IMG/VR virus record: IMGVR_UViG_3300031867_000008 | Location: 76,957-140,956 of that record | Reading direction: 5' to 3' (one strand) | From: a virus | Taxonomy: Duplodnaviria > Caudoviricetes | Length of the DNA: 64,000 nt | Shown here: piece after piece, positions 45,831-53,824 of the stretch | Position numbering within the stretch: the first letter of the stretch is position 1 | Layout of the letters: the number at the start of each line of letters is the position of its first letter | Program-made: the position numbers and the translations under genes | The notes under the pieces: generated by a model | Told to the model about the DNA's origin: nothing | The model's input: the letters and a program-made list of their open reading frames with translations, nothing else | The model's database searches: none

Positions 45831-46355
45831 ATGAAAATTATTTCTGTGACAGATGATCTGTTCGATTTACTAAATGACCAAGAATTATTACATAATAAAA
45901 ATCGTAGACCTCATGTACTCATATTAAAATTAACGTATAAAGAAACAAAAATAAACTTTGCTGTACCATTCAGATCGAATATTCCACCAAATGCAAACAA
46001 ATTATTTTATTTTTCAATGCCACCTCGTCCAAGTACCAAACCGAAATATCGTCATGGATTACACTATATAAAAGCGTTTCCCATAACAAGTGAATATTAT
46101 ACTAAGTGCAACATTGATGATAGTAAGTATTATGAAACTATTAGAAAAATAGCTAATTAAAAACTAACAGAAATAATACATGGTATGCAGCATTATTTAG
46201 AATTATATGAGCAAGGTTTACGAGAAAAATATTGTGTTGATATTGATAGCGCAATAAAAAAATTAAACATAACTCTTTTTAATAATGCTCAATACACAAT
46301 ACCCAATTCTGTTGCAGCTATTTCGGAAACTGATAATTCCAATAATTTAATATAA
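45831..46355 (+). pseudogene. Type III toxin 1 (TenpN-like) interrupted by an in-frame TAA at 46158-46160
   Basis: ELLHNKNRRPHVLIL...FAVPFRSNI...GLHYIKAFPI. The same frame continues 64 codons after the stop (KLTEIIHGMQHYLELYEQG...VDID) to TAA 46355. Confidence 0.8.
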
Positions 46356-46362
46356 TGAATTT

Positions 46363-46423
46363 TGTGAATAAATTGTAAATATTTTTTAAAAGTATTGACA
46401 ACTGGTAGATTATAATGTATAAT
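46363..46423 (+). promoter_or_regulatory. Promoter of type III TA cassette 2
   Basis: Box TGTGAATAAATTGTAAAT at 46363; TTGACA (46395-46400)-17 bp-TATAAT (46418-46423). Confidence 0.88.
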
Positions 46424-46451
46424 AAATATTAGAAAGAGGAAACTCTATCTG

Positions 46452-46545
46452 TTGTCGCACCACGATAAGCGACTAATAAATTGTCGTGCGCTAAATGTTT
46501 TGTCGCATCATAGTACGCGACTAATAAATTACTATGTGCTAATTT
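46452..46545 (+). ncRNA. Type III antitoxin RNA 2 (CptI-like), 2 repeats, 48-nt period
   Basis: GTCGC-loop-GCGAC-TAATAAAT at 46454 and 46502; the loops CACGATAA/TTGTCGTG and CATAGTA/TACTATG covary. Confidence 0.9.
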
Positions 46546-46546
46546 G

Positions 46547-46573
46547 AAGCCCTGTTCGCAGGGCTTTTCTTTT
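46547..46573 (+). terminator. Intrinsic terminator between antitoxin 2 and toxin 2
   Basis: AAGCCCTG-TTCG-CAGGGCTT-TTCTTTT. Confidence 0.88.
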
Positions 46574-46585
46574 AGGTGAATAGTC

Positions 46586-47038
46586 ATGTTTGCTGGAGAA
46601 TTTTACTTTATTGATAAATCATACGCTGAAAAATACAGCAATGGAGAAATAATGATTAACCCAAAACGTCCTTATATGTTCGCTTTTGTTCAGAATGGAT
46701 TGTTTTGGTTTATACCTATCACTTCCAAGGTCGAAAAGTTTGAAACCATTCGTAATCATAAAATTATAAAATATAAAAAGTGCGACACTATTGATTTTTC
46801 TTATGTGTTGGGGCATAAGAAAGCTATTCTAATTCAGAACATGGTTCCTATAAGATATGAATACATAAAAGAACAGTACACAGACGATCAAGACAATCCG
46901 ATCAGACTACCTTTAAAAGACGAGCGCAGAATTATCAATAACGCCAAGAAAATTCTTGCACTTCATCGAAAAAATCCAGTTTATATTTATGGAAATGTGC
47001 TTGAAATAGAAAAAGATTTCAATACATTACCTATATAA
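46586..47038 (+). CDS. cptN: Type III toxin 2, CptN family endoribonuclease
   Basis: G.FYFID, RPY.FAF, WFIPITSKVEKF, CDTI, A.LIQNM.PI...YI...Y match CptN; repeats and terminator upstream. Confidence 0.9.
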   Translation: MFAGEFYFIDKSYAEKYSNGEIMINPKRPYMFAFVQNGLFWFIPITSKVEKFETIRNHKIIKYKKCDTIDFSYVLGHKKAILIQNMVPIRYEYIKEQYTDDQDNPIRLPLKDERRIINNAKKILALHRKNPVYIYGNVLEIEKDFNTLPI

Positions 47039-47039
47039 A

Positions 47040-47101
47040 TATGAACAAATTGTAAATATTTTCTAAAAATAGTTGACAAATCATATACTTTGGTGTATAA
47101 T
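47040..47101 (+). promoter_or_regulatory. Promoter of type III TA cassette 3
   Basis: Box TATGAACAAATTGTAAAT at 47040; TTGACA (47073-47078)-17 bp-TATAAT (47096-47101). Confidence 0.88.
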
Positions 47102-47137
47102 AAAAATGTAAGGAAATACCTTTACTATATCGCTGAT

Positions 47138-47241
47138 GATGATGTGTGACGGTTCTGACACATCGGTAAAATAAAAATTGACCGAGCGTAGATGATGTGT
47201 GACGGTTCTGACACATCGGTAAAATAAAAATTGACCGAGCG
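47138..47241 (+). ncRNA. Type III antitoxin RNA 3 (TenpI-like), 2 identical 51-nt repeats, 53-nt period
   Basis: GATGATGTGTGACGGTTCTGACACATCGGTAAAATAAAAATTGACCGAGCG at 47138 and 47191; stem GATGTGT/ACACATC, loop CGGTT pairs with GACCG. Confidence 0.9.
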
Positions 47242-47253
47242 ATGAATTACTTT

Positions 47254-47290
47254 GAGTGAGGTTGACGTTTGTTGACCTCACTCTTTTATT
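47254..47290 (+). terminator. Intrinsic terminator between antitoxin 3 and toxin 3
   Basis: GAGTGAGGTTGAC-GTTT-GTTGACCTCACTC-TTTTATT. Confidence 0.88.
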
Positions 47291-47302
47291 AGGAATGATT
47301 CT

Positions 47303-47899
47303 ATGAACTACAATTTTGACTATGAGGTTTACAAACTCTCTGCAAAATTCTACAATGATTATCCACACAACCAATACCCTGAAATATTGGAAAAGCCCAC
47401 AAGAAGATACAACTGTATTTTAGTAGACATAAACACAGATTATTTTATTTGTCTGCCTTTTCGTTCTGACATGAGACACCAGAATGGTTATAGTTTTAAG
47501 AAGTCCAAAAGAAGTAAACACCATAGATCAGGAATTGATTATTCAAAAATGGTCATAATCAAAGATACAAAGTATCTTGAAAAAGGTGCAATCGTTGATA
47601 CCGATGAATATAAGGAAATGGTTCTAAATATCAATACCATTGTTAATGATTCCGTTGAGTATTTATTGAAATACATCAATCATAAAAAGGGAATTTCTGT
47701 ACTACATGAAAGACAATACCAGAGATTATATGGCTTATCTTCACTGCCTTATTTTGACTTAATCATAATTGAGCCTGATATAAACAGCTCATATAAAATA
47801 AATGATAAAAGCAGTTCGACAAACAATAATAATGTTTCTCCATACGCTCTTGCTGTATCGGTAGAACAAAATCAAAGCACATCTTCAAAGTTTACATAA
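47303..47899 (+). CDS. tenpN: Type III toxin 3, TenpN family, with a low-complexity C-terminal tail
   Basis: LS..FY.DYP...YPEILEK..R.Y, LPFRS.M.H, SGIDYSKMVII.D..Y, VD..EY, Y..SSL.YF. Confidence 0.88.
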   Translation: MNYNFDYEVYKLSAKFYNDYPHNQYPEILEKPTRRYNCILVDINTDYFICLPFRSDMRHQNGYSFKKSKRSKHHRSGIDYSKMVIIKDTKYLEKGAIVDTDEYKEMVLNINTIVNDSVEYLLKYINHKKGISVLHERQYQRLYGLSSLPYFDLIIIEPDINSSYKINDKSSSTNNNNVSPYALAVSVEQNQSTSSKFT

Positions 47900-47947
47900 C
47901 CTATTTTAAATAACTTATCGACATCTCCTAAATTCTAAACCTTTTTT

Positions 47948-47987
47948 TGAGAAAGAGTGTATCTTCGGGTATGCTCTTTCTCTGTTT
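47948..47987 (+). terminator. Hairpin/terminator after the TA array
   Basis: GAGAAAGAGTGTATC-TTCG-GGTATGCTCTTTCTC with a C(UUCG)G loop; the wobble pairs work on the plus-strand RNA. Confidence 0.75.
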
Positions 47988-48103
47988 ATAAATATATCAT
48001 GTTCAAAGATGATAGTCAATGCAAAATATTTTCCAATAAGTAAACCAAAAGCAGGAACCACAAAGCTCCTGCTTTTTATTATAGTTTATGTTTTTTATAG
48101 TTT

Positions 48104-48163
48104 AACGAGCCGTGAGCAAGAAGTCCCCCACCTCTAAGCGAAGCGTAGGTCGGGGTGGTTGAC
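48104..48163 (+). mobile_element. Orphan IS200/IS605-type end (no transposase or tnpB adjacent)
   Basis: GAAGTCCCCCACCTCTAAGCGAAGCGTAGGTCGGGGTGGTTGAC subterminal hairpin plus GTTGAC terminus. Confidence 0.6.
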
Positions 48164-48305
48164 GATTATAATTGTTCAACTTTTTTAAAACCTTACGTAA
48201 TTACAGCATTTTTTACATTTTCGCCCTATCCCTTTTTGATTATTCAGACACCCTCTTTCCGCGTAAGTCGGAAAGGCGAGGGTTGGTAAGGGAAACGCCT
48301 TCCCC

Positions 48306-48533
48306 TTACAGTGTCACAACATTTGCTAATTTATTTTTTCTCTCACTATTTCCATTCCAAACAGCAATAGCGCCGAGTATTGTAGACCTTGCTTCACTGT
48401 TCTTAGCTACTGTTTGCTGACAATTTTGACAGCGTATTATGTAGAGATTTTTATTATCTCCTACGGTTTCTAATTTTCCTTTGCCACCACAAAAAGGACA
48501 GGATTTTATATTATAGTATACCATGTTTGCCAT
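48306..48533 (-). CDS. Lar-family restriction alleviation-like Zn-finger protein
   Basis: IKSCPFCGG...IRCQNC...AIAVWN. Confidence 0.75.
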   Translation of the reverse strand: MANMVYYNIKSCPFCGGKGKLETVGDNKNLYIIRCQNCQQTVAKNSEARSTILGAIAVWNGNSERKNKLANVVTL

Positions 48534-48537
48534 TTAA

Positions 48538-48753
48538 TCACTCCAAGTTCTCTGAATCTTTCTGTACATTATCTTTCTGCATATTTAGCTTTAACGCTTC
48601 TTCCAACGTATCATCTTCCATATAAAAGCAATCGTACTTACCTGTGAGATTAAAGATCAACTGACCAAGCCTCCAATCGGGAACCTGTTTCCATACATCT
48701 CTAAGCAGATCGCAAATTACGTCTATTCTATTCGGATCACGCATTAGTATCAT
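48538..48753 (-). CDS. Conserved small phage protein (MRDPNRID...PDWRLGQL)
   Basis: Recognisable DUF1040-like motif; start probably at ATG 48744. Confidence 0.7.
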   Translation of the reverse strand: MILMRDPNRIDVICDLLRDVWKQVPDWRLGQLIFNLTGKYDCFYMEDDTLEEALKLNMQKDNVQKDSENLE

Positions 48754-49177
48754 CTCCTAAGTTATCTTCCAGTAAATCATCAATCATATCAACTACAATA
48801 CTATAAGCATGAGCCTTGCCTTGTAAATATCTATCACTACAACCACTACGTTCAAAACTCTCCCATTTATCATTAGATAATTTTTGCAATGTATCACGCA
48901 GCTTGTAGATTTCTTTAGTAGGAACAACACATAACTTTGCAGGCGCATCATTGTAGACAGGTGTACCTTTAAGAATACAAGTAGAATGAAAACTTTCAGT
49001 CTTTTCAAAAACCTCTGATAACATTTCAAGTAGTTCAATTTCATAGTTACCACTTATGGAATCCTCTGAATAAACCTGAGATATAACATCGGCAGTAATA
49101 CGCCCTATACTATCTTTAAACTTATCTTGATTGAAATGCTCCTCAAAGTCCTTCGGTATATCAATCATTATTTTCAT
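48737..49177 (-). CDS. Hypothetical protein
   Basis: 146-aa ORF, AAGGAGTGA RBS. Confidence 0.7.
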   Translation of the reverse strand: MKIMIDIPKDFEEHFNQDKFKDSIGRITADVISQVYSEDSISGNYEIELLEMLSEVFEKTESFHSTCILKGTPVYNDAPAKLCVVPTKEIYKLRDTLQKLSNDKWESFERSGCSDRYLQGKAHAYSIVVDMIDDLLEDNLGDDTNA

Positions 49178-49234
49178 TATTCTTCACTCCTTACAATCCT
49201 CACAATGAAAATCTCGTTTCATTCTCTCATCTAC

Positions 49235-49621
49235 TCAAATAAATTCTCCCTGTTCAATAAGTATCTTATCCACAGAATTAAGTAGAAAGTCACTCCAGAA
49301 TCCCCACACCCAATCAATTTTATAAAAACGATAGTCCCTTAAAACGTTGACTGTCTCACAGAATAATCTACGCTGAGTATCTTCGTCATTAACTTTGACT
49401 GAGCAACAATAATCCATATCATCATCGTCTATCAATTGTAGTGTAACTCGTTTATTCCCCTTGTATTTATAAGCTTTTACTACCCCATAAAGTCTGCCGC
49501 AACAAATCCGTTCACCCGCACCAACTGTATCAAGTGTCATTGGCTGATCGTACACGAGCATACTGCGGTCAGAATAATAACGATATTCTCCATGGAATGG
49601 AGTAAGGCTCATGAAACACAT
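49235..49621 (-). CDS. Hypothetical protein
   Basis: 128-aa ORF. Confidence 0.7.
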   Translation of the reverse strand: MCFMSLTPFHGEYRYYSDRSMLVYDQPMTLDTVGAGERICCGRLYGVVKAYKYKGNKRVTLQLIDDDDMDYCCSVKVNDEDTQRRLFCETVNVLRDYRFYKIDWVWGFWSDFLLNSVDKILIEQGEFI

Positions 49622-49627
49622 CTCCTT

Positions 49628-49987
49628 TCATTCATTTATCTCAATAATGTTTCTATACCAAGACAGGAAAGGAACTCGCCAACCATTCACTGTCACAGTA
49701 TAAGTCTCGCCAACTTTCAAACTGCCGTAATCATCCGACGAATTAAATCGCCCAAGAAGAAATTCGTCTGTGATTTCAAAAGTCTCATTGTCAGTGTATA
49801 TGATGTACTTGTCGGATTTGTTATAGCGTTTGATCGCTTTATCTGTTACTGTAATAGTCACTGTTTCTTTTGTGCCATACACGCTATAAATACCAAGCCC
49901 AATAAACGAAATGATCGGTATACAAATCGCTATGATTATCAAAACTTTGTGTATAGTTGTTTTTATTTTCCTTGCTTTTTTGCTCAT
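49628..49987 (-). CDS. Membrane-anchored OB-fold-like protein (DUF1523-like)
   Basis: TM helix, then TVTDK...FEITD....RFNSSD.YG.LKVG.TY...V.GWR.PFLSWY.NII. Confidence 0.65.
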   Translation of the reverse strand: MSKKARKIKTTIHKVLIIIAICIPIISFIGLGIYSVYGTKETVTITVTDKAIKRYNKSDKYIIYTDNETFEITDEFLLGRFNSSDDYGSLKVGETYTVTVNGWRVPFLSWYRNIIEINE

Positions 49988-50052
49988 ATATGCTCTCCTT
50001 TATATTTTTGATATACTATCTCTCCTGTTTGTTGTTTTTTCGATCACCAAAC

Positions 50053-50352
50053 TCACAACTCATTTTTTGCCTTTAAACATACGCTTATATTGGTCTTATA
50101 TTCTTTTTCGTCAAAACTAATAGTTATCCACTTCACCAAATCTTTATCATCAAAAGAAAGTTTATTAAGACTGTCATGAAGCCTTACATAAAGAACGTCC
50201 CAAGATTCTCCCGGTTTAACATCACTCTCAGCAACCAAGTCGTGATTCCATCTATTCATCTCACCCCGTCTAATCACAGACAAATGAACAGTTCCAAATT
50301 TACTTATGGAGTCACCTATTCTATTAAACACTTTGATAAATGTATTATCCAT
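50053..50352 (-). CDS. Hypothetical protein
   Basis: 99-aa ORF, GGAGG RBS. Confidence 0.65.
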   Translation of the reverse strand: MDNTFIKVFNRIGDSISKFGTVHLSVIRRGEMNRWNHDLVAESDVKPGESWDVLYVRLHDSLNKLSFDDKDLVKWITISFDEKEYKTNISVCLKAKNEL

Positions 50353-50650
50353 TACTTATTTCCTCCAAATCATACAACGCCTGTCCGCAATGATGGCAAT
50401 AGTTTGTATTTATTACGTCCCAGAGTCCTACATGGCACTTAGGACAACTCCTAATTATCTGAGCGTGATTATCAATATCTGCTAACATCGGCAACCCTAT
50501 ATCCCTTTTAGCCAACTCTTTTACATACTTCAAATCTTCTAAGAAGTCATCATAAACTGTACACTGATGAAAGGTGTTCAGTTTCTTCGACATTTCTTCC
50601 ATATGATCTAAAATAGTTAGTTGACGTTCGGGTGTTAGCCTATTCATCAT
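50345..50650 (-). CDS. Zn-ribbon protein
   Basis: CPKC...NYCHHCGQAL. Confidence 0.7.
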   Translation of the reverse strand: MMNRLTPERQLTILDHMEEMSKKLNTFHQCTVYDDFLEDLKYVKELAKRDIGLPMLADIDNHAQIIRSCPKCHVGLWDVINTNYCHHCGQALYDLEEISNG

Positions 50651-51092
50651 TTTCCTCCTGTATATTATAATTATTTATTTCTATATACTCCAATTCATCC
50701 CAGCCCTTAGCATAAAACCAGTTAGTCCAAAGAGACTTACTATAGTGTTTCTTTTTTCTTATGGTTGCATTGTATGTTACTATATCTTTATATAGCTGAT
50801 TTTGCACTGTAATATCCTTGTTTTCTTTAAGTAACATAATATAGACATTACGACAGTCTCTTGCTTCTTCAACTTCAAATTTACCGCCAGCATTTGCGTG
50901 TAGAATTAACACCGAACAAGTAGCGATTATTATAAAGGATATTATCCCAGAAATAATAGATAAAGTCTCAAAAAAATCACTCGTTACAATTCTTTTCTTA
51001 TCATTCAACTCGTTGTTATAACATATTTTGGCTATGTTATAAAATACAACAGCCAGAATAAAAAGTGTTACTCCTATAATACACCAAATCAT
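50640..51092 (-). CDS. Hypothetical membrane protein
   Basis: Two N-terminal TM segments. Confidence 0.7.
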   Translation of the reverse strand: MIWCIIGVTLFILAVVFYNIAKICYNNELNDKKRIVTSDFFETLSIISGIISFIIIATCSVLILHANAGGKFEVEEARDCRNVYIMLLKENKDITVQNQLYKDIVTYNATIRKKKHYSKSLWTNWFYAKGWDELEYIEINNYNIQEENDE

Positions 51093-51661
51093 ATCTTTTC
51101 CTCCAATTCTTCATTAAGAATATCGCAAACTTTCTGTGCTATTTCTCCCGTAGGAAAATATACTTCACAAATACGATCGCCACATAACGTGCCGTTATAA
51201 CAATATTGCTTGCTCTTTGAATTAAAGTATACAGAATGTTTCCATGTACTTTCATTATTCCAGTCAGGCACATACTCAGGACAATATATATCATGAAGTC
51301 GTTCGAGCTTCAATAAAAAGTTAATTTTATCGGCTATTTCTTCGGCACGTTGCACAGTTTTAAAGTAATTATTATATCTAAAATTGGTCATATCATCATA
51401 GTAATTCTCTCCGTGTTCCATCCTTTTACAAACAGAGGCTCCACCAATAAACGCATTATCAAATTGTATTGACCAATACGGTTCAAATCTACTCCCTCTC
51501 TCAAACTTCGGTTCACTTTCTCTCCGCTGATCCGCAAGCCTGTCTCGTTCTTCTTCCGCTGTTTTTAATGCAGCTTCCATACTCTTGATTGCTTCGCTAC
51601 CAGTCTTTACAAGTTCTGTAAGCTGGGAGATTCTTTCTTCGAGCTGCTTAATATCGTTCAT
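51089..51661 (-). CDS. Conserved phage protein (coiled coil plus NYFKT / PDW / VYF.T.E.A motifs)
   Basis: 190-aa ORF, AAGGAG RBS. Confidence 0.7.
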   Translation of the reverse strand: MNDIKQLEERISQLTELVKTGSEAIKSMEAALKTAEEERDRLADQRRESEPKFERGSRFEPYWSIQFDNAFIGGASVCKRMEHGENYYDDMTNFRYNNYFKTVQRAEEIADKINFLLKLERLHDIYCPEYVPDWNNESTWKHSVYFNSKSKQYCYNGTLCGDRICEVYFPTGEIAQKVCDILNEELEEKI

Positions 51662-51673
51662 TTTTATTCTCCT

Positions 51674-52579
51674 TTATATCTTAGTCCTTGCTATTCCCAT
51701 AGCTATCGAATTAGCTATCTTCCCAAAGTTGTCAATCTGCTTTACTATTTCGGGTTCTTCTTTTATACAGTCAGCATAAACCTCACGAGGAAGATTCTTT
51801 GCAACAATACCCATTTCTTTTGCGCCCCAGTTTTCGGGTAATATTCCCTCATCAACCAATTTTAAAAGTATCTTGTTTACACGAGCCTCAGTTACAATAG
51901 TTTCAGCAAGTGCTTTGTCTGCTTCGAGTTTAGCGAGAACGTCTGCGTCAGTCTGCTTAATTTTATTATGCTTGTGTGCCTTCGTTTCTACAAACTGCTC
52001 GCCAACTATTTTCAGATAAAACGGCTGACGACCATTAGAATCGTTAAGACGAGTTTGATTCTTGACAACGATTCCTTCCCCATATTCGCCGCCGAGTTCA
52101 GTCTTTCCAACAAAACTTATGCAATGTTCCCACGACTGAAACTCCCCCGTATAGAAGATCGGAACATAAGTTAAATCAAGTTTTGTTGCTATCTCAATGG
52201 CTTTTTCCTGCGGCAAATATTCACCCCTGTCTAAATCATAAAGATCGTAAGCGTAGAAGTTACCGTATTTATCATCGGGATATGGAACAGCATGAGATAC
52301 TAACCATTCTCCGAACAGGCAAAGATTGTCTCCGAGAATGTCTCTGACCTTATTTATATCAAGCCCTTGTGTAAACTCGAAGAATCCTCTGAGAGTATTC
52401 GTTGGGGTTAGAATCTGTTTTCTGCTTTGTGCAACAATGGAATCAGTCTCCCCGTCATAACGAATGGCTGCATTTGCACCATCAATTTTTTCTTCGATAT
52501 AGATTAAGTCTCCCTTCTGAAAACAAGACGAATTGTTTTCCTTTATTCTTTCAATATCCATAAATTTCTTGTGATACAT
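51674..52579 (-). CDS. RNA ligase (Rnl2-like nucleotidyltransferase)
   Basis: EEKIDGAN (motif I), LFGEW, FYAYD, EGIVVKN, LKIV. Confidence 0.88.
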   Translation of the reverse strand: MYHKKFMDIERIKENNSSCFQKGDLIYIEEKIDGANAAIRYDGETDSIVAQSRKQILTPTNTLRGFFEFTQGLDINKVRDILGDNLCLFGEWLVSHAVPYPDDKYGNFYAYDLYDLDRGEYLPQEKAIEIATKLDLTYVPIFYTGEFQSWEHCISFVGKTELGGEYGEGIVVKNQTRLNDSNGRQPFYLKIVGEQFVETKAHKHNKIKQTDADVLAKLEADKALAETIVTEARVNKILLKLVDEGILPENWGAKEMGIVAKNLPREVYADCIKEEPEIVKQIDNFGKIANSIAMGIARTKI

Positions 52580-52592
52580 ATTTATTTCTCCT

Positions 52593-52970
52593 TTATCTTA
52601 CATAGCAAATCCACAATACAATTATTTGTATGATGTGTACTATCTGATCTTGGCACAAGTTTATGATTAGTTTATTTGCTTTAGCATTATCAACTACTGC
52701 GTGAATAATCCAATTCGACACAAACAGAATTGCGAATAAGTATATGTTCATGTCGGAATGATGCGCCCAAAACAAAGGAACATGAATCATAAATGTCCAC
52801 GAAAATGCGTGTTCGATCAGAGCCATGATGTAATCATGCTTGTACAATTCTTTAGGCGCATTATCTGCCCACCACTGCTTTTGCTTCATCTGTGCCAGTA
52901 TACCTTGCAAATAATAATCGTCTACTATATGCAAGAATATCATTGACAATAGCAGAATTATATTGCTCAT
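52593..52970 (-). CDS. DUF3307-like membrane protein
   Basis: HIVDDYYLQ, IHAVVD..K, DQIVH. Confidence 0.75.
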   Translation of the reverse strand: MSNIILLLSMIFLHIVDDYYLQGILAQMKQKQWWADNAPKELYKHDYIMALIEHAFSWTFMIHVPLFWAHHSDMNIYLFAILFVSNWIIHAVVDNAKANKLIINLCQDQIVHIIQIIVLWICYVR

Positions 52971-52973
52971 TTG

Positions 52974-53804
52974 TTATTCCTCCTCAAATTTTATCCTACT
53001 TTCAATATAACTCCTATCCTGTGTAAAAATAGGAATCTCGTTGTCAATTATCCAACCGTCATCAGTTTTAACACAACATGATCCACGCTTAAATTTGGGC
53101 GGTACGTCATTCCAATTTATTCCCTTTTCAAGCATGAGCATATCCTGAATCTGACTACAATTCTTTCCTTCAAGCTGTCTCTGGGAAAAATGTTTCTGAC
53201 CCAATCCTTGAACAGAATTTCTTATAGCATCTTGCTGTCTCCATATTAAGCAATTGCATACTTCTTCTTTAGGAATATTAAATACACGAGAATCGAAAGT
53301 GGCTTGATTTATTTTTGTAGACACATACTTTTTATATCTTTCATAATCGTCTTGACGTTCCGGCAAAACTTCATCACCAATATTGTCAGCTTTAGGATCG
53401 TAGCAACAATCAAACATGGCGTCCTGTGTAATTCCAGCGAATATTCGATTGAATGCCAATGTTGCAAGACTTGCCGATACACTACACATTTTTTGAATAT
53501 TGTCATCGAACCATGCTGATGTAGTTATCTTCTTGTAATCACACAACACAAGTGTTATTTCGTCGGACTGAGTATATCCAAGTACGCAGTTCTGAATGTT
53601 TTCGCAAAGATACTTCATTGTGTTCTGCATACTCTTACAAAGTATTTCATCATACGGCTTATCCATTCCTCGTGTAAAGGTGTGGAAATGACAGCCATCC
53701 AGTCTGATGATTACAGGAGTCCTGCGTGTTAAATGTGTGCGAGTCACGTTCTCGTAAGTTTTCATTCGGTCGCCGAGACTATCTCTTTTATTATTTTTTG
53801 CCAT
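52974..53804 (-). CDS. tRNA-His guanylyltransferase Thg1-like protein (3'-5' polymerase)
   Basis: DRMK.YE, IIRLDG..FHTFT, YTQSDEI, FDSR, WRQQDA.RNS, NWND.P..FKRG. Confidence 0.92.
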   Translation of the reverse strand: MAKNNKRDSLGDRMKTYENVTRTHLTRRTPVIIRLDGCHFHTFTRGMDKPYDEILCKSMQNTMKYLCENIQNCVLGYTQSDEITLVLCDYKKITTSAWFDDNIQKMCSVSASLATLAFNRIFAGITQDAMFDCCYDPKADNIGDEVLPERQDDYERYKKYVSTKINQATFDSRVFNIPKEEVCNCLIWRQQDAIRNSVQGLGQKHFSQRQLEGKNCSQIQDMLMLEKGINWNDVPPKFKRGSCCVKTDDGWIIDNEIPIFTQDRSYIESRIKFEEE

Positions 53805-53824
53805 AAAATTCCTCCAATTAACAA

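Noticed and set aside
46158-46160. Stop-codon reassignment explaining the in-frame TAA
   Set aside because: TAA, TAG and TGA all end genes normally here, long genes are intact in code 11, and no suppressor tRNA is present (the TAA-anticodon tRNA reads the Leu codon TTA).
45636-47241. Direct repeats read as mini CRISPR arrays
   Set aside because: There are only 2-3 copies, no unique spacers and no cas genes. The variable parts base-pair with each other, and each array is followed by a terminator and a type III toxin.
47820-47860. NNNNVSPYALAV as an ssrA-like degradation tag
   Set aside because: It is not C-terminal (13 residues follow), and ssrA recognition needs the free terminal AA.
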